Notes: generated by a model from the letters alone, not told the origin. DNA of 64,000 nt from an uncultured Clostridia bacterium (GCA_947632645.1 CANRQB010000001.1:70813-134812); one strand, 5' to 3'. Counted from the stretch's first letter, positions 40,842-49,594 are shown. Made by a program: numbers and translations.

Positions 40842-42320
40842 ATGGCGGACGACGACGAATTTGAAGATGATGAGCAATTAGATGAAGAAGATTTGGGCGA
40901 CGAAGAAACCGATAATGGAGACGAAATCGCGGACGACGATGACAACGACGAAGAAGATGACGAAGAAGAACAAGATAGCCAGCAAATGGCTAATGCCGAT
41001 AAAACTGCCATAACCAACCGATTAAAAAAATTAGAAAAATCATTAAAGAAAAGGCCAGTTCCAATTTTGTCGCCAAAAGAAAAACGACTTATAAAACAGG
41101 GAAAAGCAGTAAATCCAAAATTGGCATATAGAATAGAACTTTTATCATTAAGGCGTAAAGCAAGCGCTGCGCGTAAAACGATTATTGGTGGCGGTGTGCT
41201 TGTGTCGCTTTTGCCAGTAATTTTGGTTGTGCTAGTATTGGTAATGATTGGCTCGATAATCTCGTCAATATTTGGCTCGCGCTATAACGACGATGGCACG
41301 CCTGCGCCAAGTGAACTTGCACTTAACGGGAATCAAATATATGCCGCCCGCGCATTTTACACAGACGATGCGGCAGCAAACAAAAAAATTATTAATGACT
41401 ATTGTGGATATATCGCCTCGGCAATTGAGGGATACAACAGCACAAGCAGCGAATTTACACTTAACATAACACTACCTGCAAATGCCTTTGATTATAGCGA
41501 ATTTTTAACCATGTATACCGATACCCAGTATGGGTATTATAGGCTTGCTAGGTTAAGCTATATTTTTGCGCAAAATGTTAATTTGCAATATGGATTAAAT
41601 AAAACCGAAACCGATTTTGCGGGCATAATTAATGATATACAATATTTTGGGTTAGAGCAATCGCAGTTTGAAGAGGCAATGGGTGCAGTGGCCAACGAAA
41701 TTGTTAAAAATGGCGAGGACGATTGGTACACGCCAAAAGAGGGCAACAATCAGCCAAATATGTCTAACGATGCGCTTAGCCAAAGTTTAATTGAGGCGTC
41801 CAACTTTTCTGCAAGTGAACTTACACAAAAGGTATTTGTTGTAGATAGTGTGGTGGAAGGCGATAACACTCTTGCTTGGTTTAATGCCGGCGCAACCGCA
41901 AATGAAAAAACAAAAAAATACCTTGCAATAATGTATTTTCCGCACGCAAATTTTAGCATAGGAAGTTTATCTTATGCGTTTATAAAAACAGGCGAAGGTG
42001 AGGTTGTTGTTCACTATGGCGAAAATAGTTATAAGCTGCAAGCCGTGTCGGTGGAGGACGATAACTACACCTACGAAAGCGAAGAAATAAATTTAAATGT
42101 GTCGGCAAGCGAAAAGCCAGCTGTGCTGCTATCTAGCGATGCAACACTTAGCGAACTTTTCTCGCAAATAAAATCGCAGGACGAACAAAACCTTGACACA
42201 TATTTTGATGTGCAAGAGGTTGACGGCAAAAATGTTTATACCTACAAATTGTTTAACCTTTACGCCGAATTTAACTTTGATGACTATTTCAGCTTTGCCG
42301 ACCAAAACAATTCATATTAG
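40842..42320 (+). CDS. Bitopic membrane protein with an extremely acidic N-terminus; T4SS-associated, function unknown
   Basis: 492 aa; MADDDEFEDDEQLDEEDLGDEETDNGDEIADDDDNDEEDDEEEQD; single TM (GGGVLVSLLPVILVVLVLVMIGSIISSIF); ~350-aa extracytoplasmic domain with no recognisable motif. Confidence 0.7.
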   Translation: MADDDEFEDDEQLDEEDLGDEETDNGDEIADDDDNDEEDDEEEQDSQQMANADKTAITNRLKKLEKSLKKRPVPILSPKEKRLIKQGKAVNPKLAYRIELLSLRRKASAARKTIIGGGVLVSLLPVILVVLVLVMIGSIISSIFGSRYNDDGTPAPSELALNGNQIYAARAFYTDDAAANKKIINDYCGYIASAIEGYNSTSSEFTLNITLPANAFDYSEFLTMYTDTQYGYYRLARLSYIFAQNVNLQYGLNKTETDFAGIINDIQYFGLEQSQFEEAMGAVANEIVKNGEDDWYTPKEGNNQPNMSNDALSQSLIEASNFSASELTQKVFVVDSVVEGDNTLAWFNAGATANEKTKKYLAIMYFPHANFSIGSLSYAFIKTGEGEVVVHYGENSYKLQAVSVEDDNYTYESEEINLNVSASEKPAVLLSSDATLSELFSQIKSQDEQNLDTYFDVQEVDGKNVYTYKLFNLYAEFNFDDYFSFADQNNSY

Positions 42321-42360
42321 GCGCAAACTGTACTTTTGCTAAATTAATTTGGCAAGCAAA

Positions 42361-42700
42361 TTAATTGTAAGCATGTCGCAACAACCCTTTATTAATCGTT
42401 TTGCATACGCAAAACTTCATTTTTAGGGATGTTGTTCCTTTCCCCAAAAAATTACGATTTTTTCGGGGGCCCCAAATTTTTGCGCCTTTGCTATTAAGGG
42501 ACACCCGCTGGTTTCCCTTAATAAATCCTTTCCTGAAATGTGTCTGCCTACGCAAGGGAACTGCAGCGGGGAAAGTTTTAAAATTTTGCATACCTACGCA
42601 TGGGAATATTTACTTTTCTATGCTAGAAAAGTTACAAAAGACCTGGGGCGTTCCGATTCGCCCCAGACCCCACAAACGGCTTACTTTAAAAATAAGCAAA
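42361..42700. other. Hairpin-dense, relatively GC-rich non-coding island inside the T4SS-like module (candidate ncRNA, oriT-like site or decayed gene)
   Basis: Stems: 42398-42415; 42442-42468; TTAAGGGA/TCCCTTAA 42494-42521; CTTTTCTA/TAGAAAAG 42613-42631; CTGGGGCG/CGCCCCAG 42643-42666; GCTTA/TAAGC 42679-42697. Direct repeat CCTACGCAWGGGAA at 42546 and 42592. No credible ORF. Confidence 0.45.
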
Positions 42701-42732
42701 AAGTAGATTTTTAATTAATATAAAATGCAATT

Positions 42733-42897
42733 ATTACAATAGTAATAAAAACGAATAACGTAATATTACAATAGTAATTAAATTAATTTTCAACATATCA
42801 TTATAACTTTAGTTATCAAAATTTTAACTAAGGTTTTTTATTTATCTAATTTTATAATTAATTTAGATATTGTGGCTGTCTTTATTACAATAGTAAT
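42733..42897. repeat. Three copies of ATTACAATAGTAAT (ATTAC-N4-GTAAT) upstream of the VirB6-like gene
   Basis: Exact 14-mers at 42733-42746, 42765-42778 and 42884-42897, each within TATTACAATAGTAAT. Confidence 0.8.
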
Positions 42898-42955
42898 AAT
42901 CATTTATAAAAAAATAAAATAAAATGTAAAAAAATAATAGATTTGTTTGTTTTTT

Positions 42956-42984
42956 TTGTTTATTTAGTGTATACTATGTATAAT
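42956..42984 (+). promoter_or_regulatory. Candidate promoter of the VirB6-like / VirB4-like genes
   Basis: TTGTTT (42956-42961), 17-nt spacer, TATAAT (42979-42984). Confidence 0.4.
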
Positions 42985-43029
42985 TAAAATAGCGTTTATA
43001 GTTAATTCGCAAATAGATATGGGGGAAAT

Positions 43030-45471
43030 ATGGTTGGAGGTTTTAGCATCGGTCAAGCAATAGAGGGCGCACTAGGTAACTTTTTATATCCACTTTTTAG
43101 CATTCTTATGGTTTTAATTGACGGGATACAACAATTGTTTTACGCTTTTGCTGGCGTCGGAGAAGTGTTTATTAATGGTCAAAAAATAACTTCTGGCAAC
43201 ACTGGTAATTTAACCGACACTGGCATAATATTTTATCTATTAAATTCAAATTTTGTAAGAAATATATTCATCTCGTTATTGGCACTTGCCGTAGTTTTGC
43301 TAGTGCTGTTTGCGGCAATCGCTTTTGTTAAAAATATGTATTCAGAAAAGCCAAAAACTTGGCAAGATATAATTGGTAATGCAGTTAAAGGGTTGGCAGG
43401 TTTTATTGTAACTCCGTTGATATGCATATTTGGCGCTTGGGGTGGCAATATATTGTTAAAAGCAATAAATCAGGCAACAAACGCTGGTGACACTGCAAAC
43501 ATGGCGGGGCAATTGTTTGTTGTGTCATCATATAATGCAAACAAAGTAAGAACAGGTGATATGAGTATAGAGCAAGCTAGATCATTCTTAACCGGACATC
43601 AAGGTGGCAATTATAGTGCCGATTGGTCAGCGGAAGATTACGCTAAAGAGATTGATAATTTTTACTCCAAAAATCCAGATTATTATTATGAAATTGCTAA
43701 AGTAGGCGATTGTTATAAAACATTCAAAATCAACTATTTATTGCTTGGAATTGGTGGCGTATTTATGTTATATGCGCTGGGATCTATCACTTTTGGAGCA
43801 ATCAAACGAATGTTCCTTTTGGTTTTCTATTTTGTTATAAGCCCAGTTGCGCATTCGCTTGCTCCTATCGATGATGGTAAGGCTGGTGGAGATGTAAGAA
43901 GCAACTTTTATAAGCAATTTATAAGTGTTTATGGGGCTGTTGCCGGCTTAAATTTATTCTTTAGCGTCGTGCCTTTGTTCCAAAGTATGAAATTTGTTTT
44001 AGGATCAAGTACGCAAGATTTCTTATTTGGTGGGCTGGTTAACCTAATAATAATCATAGTTGGTTTATTAACCGTTAATGAACTTATCAGTTTTGTGTCT
44101 GGTTTTGCCGGCGGAGAAGATCTTTATGGTAAAGGAAAAGGTGTTATGAGTGGCGTACGTGGGCAAACTAAAAAATATGGCAAATATGTTCAAAAAGCTG
44201 GCGGAGCCTTTATTGGTGGTACAATTCGTGGTGTTGGTAGAGCAAGAGAATCCTGGGCTAGAAATTCAGCTGAAAACCGTGCAATAGATGAAAGGAACGC
44301 ACAACGATTAGCACAATATAATCAAGGTAGAGCAGAAGCAGATCAAAAAGAACTTAGCCAACTAACCAATGAAGAAAGAAAACAATTAGGCATAGAAAGC
44401 CATAAACTTACAGGTGTGCGCGCAGGTGCTAGTTTTTTAGCTGGAACTGGAACCTCATGGCTAAAATCTGCCGGCGGCGCAATTAACAAGGGTGTTGGAA
44501 CTGCCATTCAAGAAACAACAGGACTTGATGTTGGTGGTAGTGCTAGTGAAATGGGGAAAAAATTTGCAGGATTTGTATCTGAAAATTATGGCACGGGTTA
44601 TGACACAAGAAAGGATAAAACTAAAAAAGCTGACACTAAAGCGTTGCAAGAGGCAATGAAAAGTGATAAAGATACTCGATATGTGGTAAATAAGGATGGA
44701 TTGACAATAGAAGGTAACAGCACGGTGCAGCACGCAGCCGAAGAAGCAGCGGTTGAATTATTAAAATCTATTAAGAAAAAAGCCAAAGATGATAAAGAAG
44801 CGGATAAAATGTTGGAAGAGTACACTGCAAAAGGCACTCAATTTAGCCAAATTTTAAAGGCATTGGGTATTGATGGCAAAAAGATGGAAGATCTCTATCC
44901 TGTGTTAGATAGTTCGGTTAAAACAAGGCAGAGTGCCGAGCGTGGCATTGCAAGATTGGATGACAGGACGAGATATGCCGAAAATGAAGAGGCAAAAGTT
45001 ACAGCTGCACAATCGTTTATAGATGCATATCATATTGAACGAGATGGCGAAGGCAGAATTGTTGGCGACGCCGCTAGATATGGCATTACAGATGATGCAG
45101 ATAAAACAAATTTTGCTAATATACAAACTGCATCTATCAATGCCTCAGGTGCAAGAGAAATTGCAAGAGAAATTGCTGGCAGCATAAAAGAAACACTCAA
45201 AAATGCTAACGACACTTATAAATCTAGTCGTACCTTTGCAGAATTTTCGGATGAGAGCATGGCAAAATTAAATCAAGCTATGAGTAAACTTGGCAGCAAG
45301 CTTGGTGACAAAGAGGATAAATTAATCGAAGCTATTAGAGGCATGACAGACAAAACTGTTAGAGAATTAAAAGAAGTTAAAAAAGCAGTTACAGACTCAG
45401 CAAAGGGTAGAAGAGGCAGCCGTGGCTCTAGCGGAGGTTCTGAGGATAGTGGGACAGGCAGCAGTACATAG
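43030..45471 (+). CDS. VirB6/TrbL-like polytopic T4SS membrane protein with a long charged C-terminal domain
   Basis: 813 aa. The N-terminal ~360 aa hold multiple TM helices; the C-terminal ~450 aa are charged and coiled-coil-like, ending in a G/S/R-rich tail. Immediately precedes the VirB4-like ATPase. Confidence 0.6.
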   Translation: MVGGFSIGQAIEGALGNFLYPLFSILMVLIDGIQQLFYAFAGVGEVFINGQKITSGNTGNLTDTGIIFYLLNSNFVRNIFISLLALAVVLLVLFAAIAFVKNMYSEKPKTWQDIIGNAVKGLAGFIVTPLICIFGAWGGNILLKAINQATNAGDTANMAGQLFVVSSYNANKVRTGDMSIEQARSFLTGHQGGNYSADWSAEDYAKEIDNFYSKNPDYYYEIAKVGDCYKTFKINYLLLGIGGVFMLYALGSITFGAIKRMFLLVFYFVISPVAHSLAPIDDGKAGGDVRSNFYKQFISVYGAVAGLNLFFSVVPLFQSMKFVLGSSTQDFLFGGLVNLIIIIVGLLTVNELISFVSGFAGGEDLYGKGKGVMSGVRGQTKKYGKYVQKAGGAFIGGTIRGVGRARESWARNSAENRAIDERNAQRLAQYNQGRAEADQKELSQLTNEERKQLGIESHKLTGVRAGASFLAGTGTSWLKSAGGAINKGVGTAIQETTGLDVGGSASEMGKKFAGFVSENYGTGYDTRKDKTKKADTKALQEAMKSDKDTRYVVNKDGLTIEGNSTVQHAAEEAAVELLKSIKKKAKDDKEADKMLEEYTAKGTQFSQILKALGIDGKKMEDLYPVLDSSVKTRQSAERGIARLDDRTRYAENEEAKVTAAQSFIDAYHIERDGEGRIVGDAARYGITDDADKTNFANIQTASINASGAREIAREIAGSIKETLKNANDTYKSSRTFAEFSDESMAKLNQAMSKLGSKLGDKEDKLIEAIRGMTDKTVRELKEVKKAVTDSAKGRRGSRGSSGGSEDSGTGSST

Positions 45472-45508
45472 TTAAAATCTTATTATAGTGATTTTTCACG
45501 GAGGGGTT

Positions 45509-48295
45509 ATGATAAGGTATATTCCCGGTAAAACGAGGATTAAAACTGAATTTTTTAGAAACTTTGGGCTAATGGATATTCTATTAGCCATTGTTTTGGC
45601 TGTGTTTGCAATTGTTATTGCATCCAGCCAACGCTTGTTTGTGTTTGGCGGAACGGACTATCGCTGGTGGTTTGTGTTGGGCTGGATTGCAATATCTATT
45701 TCTATGTTTTTGCCAATTGATGATGGCCTTAAAATGTGGAATAGTATTGGGTTGGTTATAAGGTTTGCCGCTTTCCCACGCAAATATATTAACGATAAAA
45801 ATGCAAAAATTGTAAAAACCAAAAATGGCAAAACCAAAACTGTTGTTAAAGGCGGAAAGCCTATGAGCAGGCTTACACCTTTCTTTAACATAGAAGTGGG
45901 CAAGTATATAAACATGGGCAGTTATTCGGGCATCGCCATCGAAATTATGCCAGTTGCAATGGACCTTATGCAAGAAGAGGCGCAGGATGGCTTAATAAAC
46001 ACCTTTTCCCGTGCACTTAAACGTATAACGCGTTATCAGCGTGCGCAACTTATAAAAACCATAAAACCAATGCGTTTTGATGGCTTTTTGGATAGTGACG
46101 ATAAGAAATACGATTTGCTTAACACCTTGTACGAGCAGGGGCAGTATAGCGATGCCGAGATGGAAAGCCGCAGTTTAATTTTCCGCGAACGTGTGGACAT
46201 TTTAAACAATGCAATAAACAGCGAGCCAATACTGCAAAATCACTACTATTTTGTGCTGTATGGCGACGATAGGCAAAGTTTGGACGATACCAGTGTGGGC
46301 TTTGTTAACGACCTTGCCAGTGGGCAGTATTCTATCGCCAGCAAAATTCTTATGGAAGAAGAGCTTATAAGTTTTTTAAAATCTAACTACGATGATGTGT
46401 ATTCCGAGCAGGATATTAAAAACCTTGCGCCAAGCCAGGTTAACAACTGGGTTATGCCGGGCAAAATCAACTTTAAAGTGGCGCGCTTGGAAATGGATAA
46501 AAGAAGTTATCGCCAACTTGCAATTTCCGATTATCCTATGGAGGTTGGTAATGGTTGGGCGTACCAAATATTTAACCAACCAGGCACGCGTGTGGTTATG
46601 AACATTATGCCGGTGGATAGGGAGAAGGGCGAAAAGGCCATTGACCGCGCCGTTATGGAGAAAGAGTTAAAACTGGAGCGCACCTATAGAAGCAGCCAGA
46701 TTATAGAAAAGGAAGCAGATATTGATAGTTTGCGCACCCTTTTAACCGATATTAAAACCAATAACGAACAGATTTACGATATCAGCATCCATTTGCGTGT
46801 GGAAGAGCAAAGCAGAAAAGAAGTGCGCAACGTGCTTAAACAATATGGCTTTAAACAGAGCGAATTATTTGGGCGCCAGGTGGACGCGTTTGTATCCAGC
46901 AGCTTAAATAGGATAGACACTCTAACCAACTTCTACCGCACTATGCCATCTACCACTATCGCTGCATCCTTCCCAATGGTGGATAGTTTGATGCAGGATA
47001 AAAATGGGTTCTGCCTTGGGCGCTCGTCGTCTAGCGGATACCCAGTGTTTATCGATTTCTTTGTGCGTGATAGCCGCGCCGGGCGTATTAACAGTAACCT
47101 TATGGTTATTGGTAAATCGGGCTCGGGCAAATCGTTTGCGGTTAAGGATATTTTGGCAAACCTTGCCGCCGACCGCACTAAGATATTCCTACTAGACCCA
47201 GAGGACGAATACGGCCCGCTTACACACAACTTGGGCGGCAAACTTATCGACGTTGGCACAAATAGTTCGGGTATTATAAATCCTTTCCACATTATGGCAG
47301 CGCTTGAGGACTTGGAAACCGGTGTGGGCGAGGAAGATGATGATGAAGATAAGAGCATAGATGAACTTGTGGCGCGCGGCAATAACAAAACTTTCTTTAC
47401 TCATTTGCAGTTTTTGGAGCAGTTCTTCCGCGCAATTTTGGAGGGCATAAGTTCGGACGCATTTGAAACACTTAACACTTTGGTGGTAGAACTCTATCAC
47501 AGCAAGGGGATAGACGAAAAAACCGATATCGGCAAACTTACTGCCAACGATTATCCAATTTTTGATGACTTATTTAAACTTATTAAAGATAAACTAAAAA
47601 CGGTTAAGGACGAATTTTACCGCAACAATCTGCTTGTGCTGGAAACCTATATTCAAAAATTTGCAACTGGCGGGCGCAACTCGGATTTGTGGAACGGCCC
47701 AACCAGCATTTTAACTGACGAAAACCTTATTACATTTAACTTCCAAACACTGTTTGCCAGCAAGAACAACAAGTTGGCAAACGCGCAGATGCTGCTTGTA
47801 TTTAAATATTTGAACAACGAAATTATCAACAACAAACGCTTTAACGAACAATATTATGCGCGCACGGGCAACGACATTAAACGCCAAGTTGTTATTGCGG
47901 TGGACGAAGCGCACATGTTTATCGACCCAGACAGCCCGGTTGCGCTTAACTTTATGGCGGAGATGGCAAAACGTATACGTAAATATCAGGGTATGCAAAT
48001 TGTTATTACGCAAAATATTAAGGACTTTTTGGGCACGCCAGAAATTCAGCGCAGATCGGCGGCAATTATTAATGCCTGCCAATACAGCTTGATACTGCAA
48101 CTTGCGCCAAACGATATGGCGGATTTGTTGGAACTTTATAAGAGCGCGGGCGGCATAAACAAACGCGAACAAGAGGGCATTTTAACCGCACCTCAGGGCA
48201 GGGCATTCTTTATCACCAGCCCAATGAACCGCTCGTTTATCGACATTATTGCTCAGCCAATTGCGAGGGAGATTATGGGCGAAGGGCGAAGATAA
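45509..48295 (+). CDS. VirB4/TraE/TrbE-family T4SS ATPase with an N-terminal VirB3-like membrane segment
   Basis: ATG at 45509 after GGAGGGG. Two N-terminal TM helices; Walker A VIGKSGSGKSF; LLDPEDEY; Walker B VIAVDEAHMF; ...IVITQNIKDF... Confidence 0.88.
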   Translation: MIRYIPGKTRIKTEFFRNFGLMDILLAIVLAVFAIVIASSQRLFVFGGTDYRWWFVLGWIAISISMFLPIDDGLKMWNSIGLVIRFAAFPRKYINDKNAKIVKTKNGKTKTVVKGGKPMSRLTPFFNIEVGKYINMGSYSGIAIEIMPVAMDLMQEEAQDGLINTFSRALKRITRYQRAQLIKTIKPMRFDGFLDSDDKKYDLLNTLYEQGQYSDAEMESRSLIFRERVDILNNAINSEPILQNHYYFVLYGDDRQSLDDTSVGFVNDLASGQYSIASKILMEEELISFLKSNYDDVYSEQDIKNLAPSQVNNWVMPGKINFKVARLEMDKRSYRQLAISDYPMEVGNGWAYQIFNQPGTRVVMNIMPVDREKGEKAIDRAVMEKELKLERTYRSSQIIEKEADIDSLRTLLTDIKTNNEQIYDISIHLRVEEQSRKEVRNVLKQYGFKQSELFGRQVDAFVSSSLNRIDTLTNFYRTMPSTTIAASFPMVDSLMQDKNGFCLGRSSSSGYPVFIDFFVRDSRAGRINSNLMVIGKSGSGKSFAVKDILANLAADRTKIFLLDPEDEYGPLTHNLGGKLIDVGTNSSGIINPFHIMAALEDLETGVGEEDDDEDKSIDELVARGNNKTFFTHLQFLEQFFRAILEGISSDAFETLNTLVVELYHSKGIDEKTDIGKLTANDYPIFDDLFKLIKDKLKTVKDEFYRNNLLVLETYIQKFATGGRNSDLWNGPTSILTDENLITFNFQTLFASKNNKLANAQMLLVFKYLNNEIINNKRFNEQYYARTGNDIKRQVVIAVDEAHMFIDPDSPVALNFMAEMAKRIRKYQGMQIVITQNIKDFLGTPEIQRRSAAIINACQYSLILQLAPNDMADLLELYKSAGGINKREQEGILTAPQGRAFFITSPMNRSFIDIIAQPIAREIMGEGRR

Positions 48296-48310
48296 TCCGC
48301 CTCTATTATT

Positions 48311-48341
48311 GGGCGCACAAGTGTGTGTGCCCTTCTTTTTT
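48311..48341 (+). terminator. Terminator after the VirB4-like gene
   Basis: GGGCGCACA-agtg-TGTGTGCCC followed by TTCTTTTTT. Confidence 0.7.
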
Positions 48342-48495
48342 GGCGGTTATCTTCGCCTATTATGAAGGGGGACCTGCTTCCCCCTTCATGACTTCCCTCT
48401 TGAATAGGTTGAATTTTTAAGAAATATATAGATGATATGTATAAATCTTACGTTTTTTTGTTGATTTTTGCTTAAATTTTGGTTAAAATAACTAT

Positions 48496-49416
48496 ATGTT
48501 AAATGACGATTTAAATAAGGTGGTTATTGTTGGGTGCGGCAATGTGGGCATGAGCTATGCCTTTAGTTTGGTTATCGATAGCAAGGTTAACGAGTTGGTG
48601 CTTATCGACATCAATCAGCAAAAGGCAGAAGGCGAGGCGCTGGATTTATTGCACGCATCAAGCGTGAGCGAGCACAAAATTAAAATTAAGGTGGGGGATT
48701 ATTCTGATTGCGACAATGCGGACATTATTTGCATCGCAGCGGGCAGAAATCAAGAAAAGGGTGAGGATAGAAATGCACTTATAGATAAAAATATTGGCGT
48801 GTTTAATTCGATAATTAGCGAAGTTAACAAAACCAAATTTAACGGCATCTATCTTATTGCTACCAATCCGCTTGATGTTATGACGTATGTTACGCTAAAG
48901 CTATCTGGTTTCCCTGCAAATAGGGTTATAGGCAGCGGCACCACACTGGATACCGCGCGGCTTAAATACATTGTTAGCGAGCAAGTGGGGGTTAACCCAA
49001 AAAATATTCACGGCTATGTTATTGGCGAGCATGGTGATAGCGAGCTTGTGCCATGGAGTACGGTGCGCGTTGGAGTAAATGCGGCTGAAAAATACCTAAG
49101 CAAACCAAAACAAAATAAGATAGTTGCAAATGTGCGCAACAGTGCATATGAAATTATAAACAAAAAGGGCAACACGGCATATGGCATTGGCATCTGCCTA
49201 AGAAACATTACCGATGCAATTTTTAACGACTCCAATTATATATTCACCACATCCAGCTACATTAAAAAATATGGATGCTGTGTGGGGTATCCAACAATAA
49301 TAAATCGCGCGGGGATAAAAGACATTTTGCCAATATCTTTAACCCAAAGCGAGCAAGTCGAATTTAATGACAGTGTAAAGGCAATTAAGAGTAATATCAA
49401 AAATTTAAAACTTTAA
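48496..49416 (+). CDS. ldh: L-lactate dehydrogenase
   Basis: 306 aa; ...VVIVGCGNVGMSYAF...LIDINQQKAEGEALDL...GEHGDSE... Confidence 0.9.
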   Translation: MLNDDLNKVVIVGCGNVGMSYAFSLVIDSKVNELVLIDINQQKAEGEALDLLHASSVSEHKIKIKVGDYSDCDNADIICIAAGRNQEKGEDRNALIDKNIGVFNSIISEVNKTKFNGIYLIATNPLDVMTYVTLKLSGFPANRVIGSGTTLDTARLKYIVSEQVGVNPKNIHGYVIGEHGDSELVPWSTVRVGVNAAEKYLSKPKQNKIVANVRNSAYEIINKKGNTAYGIGICLRNITDAIFNDSNYIFTTSSYIKKYGCCVGYPTIINRAGIKDILPISLTQSEQVEFNDSVKAIKSNIKNLKL

Positions 49417-49594
49417 GTTAAAAAATTTGCCAAAAAATTTAACAATAGGCATATAAAAATTAAACTAAAAAAATTAAAAATTTTAAAAAAACCAACCAAA
49501 ATTTAAAAAAATTGCGCATTTTTGTGCAATTTTTCATGTTTTTTATAGAAATTTTTAAAATTTTAAGCAAATTTTATATTTTGCTTTTTTAAAT

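Noticed and set aside
40817-41017. 66-aa serine-rich minus-strand ORF.
   Set aside because: It is antisense to the GAN-rich acidic N-terminal coding region (GAC/GAA/GAT read in reverse give TC/TT-rich Ser/Leu codons). It is an artefact.
42560-42697. RNase P RNA, tmRNA or tRNA-like identity. GGGGAAAG resembles the CR-I GAGGAAAG motif, ACAAACGGCTTAC resembles the 3' ACA(A/G)AAC..GGCTTA motif, and GGGGCG-TTCCGATT-CGCCCC resembles a T-arm.
   Set aside because: The two RNase P-like motifs are only about 100 nt apart instead of about 300. The T-arm-like loop has 8 nt rather than 7 and is not followed by an acceptor/CCA context. No tmRNA tag reading frame ending in hydrophobic residues is present. 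I treat the resemblance as coincidental unless cmsearch says otherwise.
42361-42706. Track ORFs 42361..42591 (-, 76 aa) and 42401..42706 (+, 101 aa) as real genes.
   Set aside because: They overlap each other on opposite strands and lack an RBS. Their compositions are odd, basic and proline/phenylalanine-rich. They coincide with a series of strong hairpins, which fits non-coding structure or a decayed gene better.
45584-48172. Minus-strand ORFs 45584..45973, 46933..47388, 47192..47500 and 47711..48172 inside the VirB4-like gene.
   Set aside because: All are antisense to a continuous 928-aa ORF with intact Walker A and B motifs. None has an RBS.
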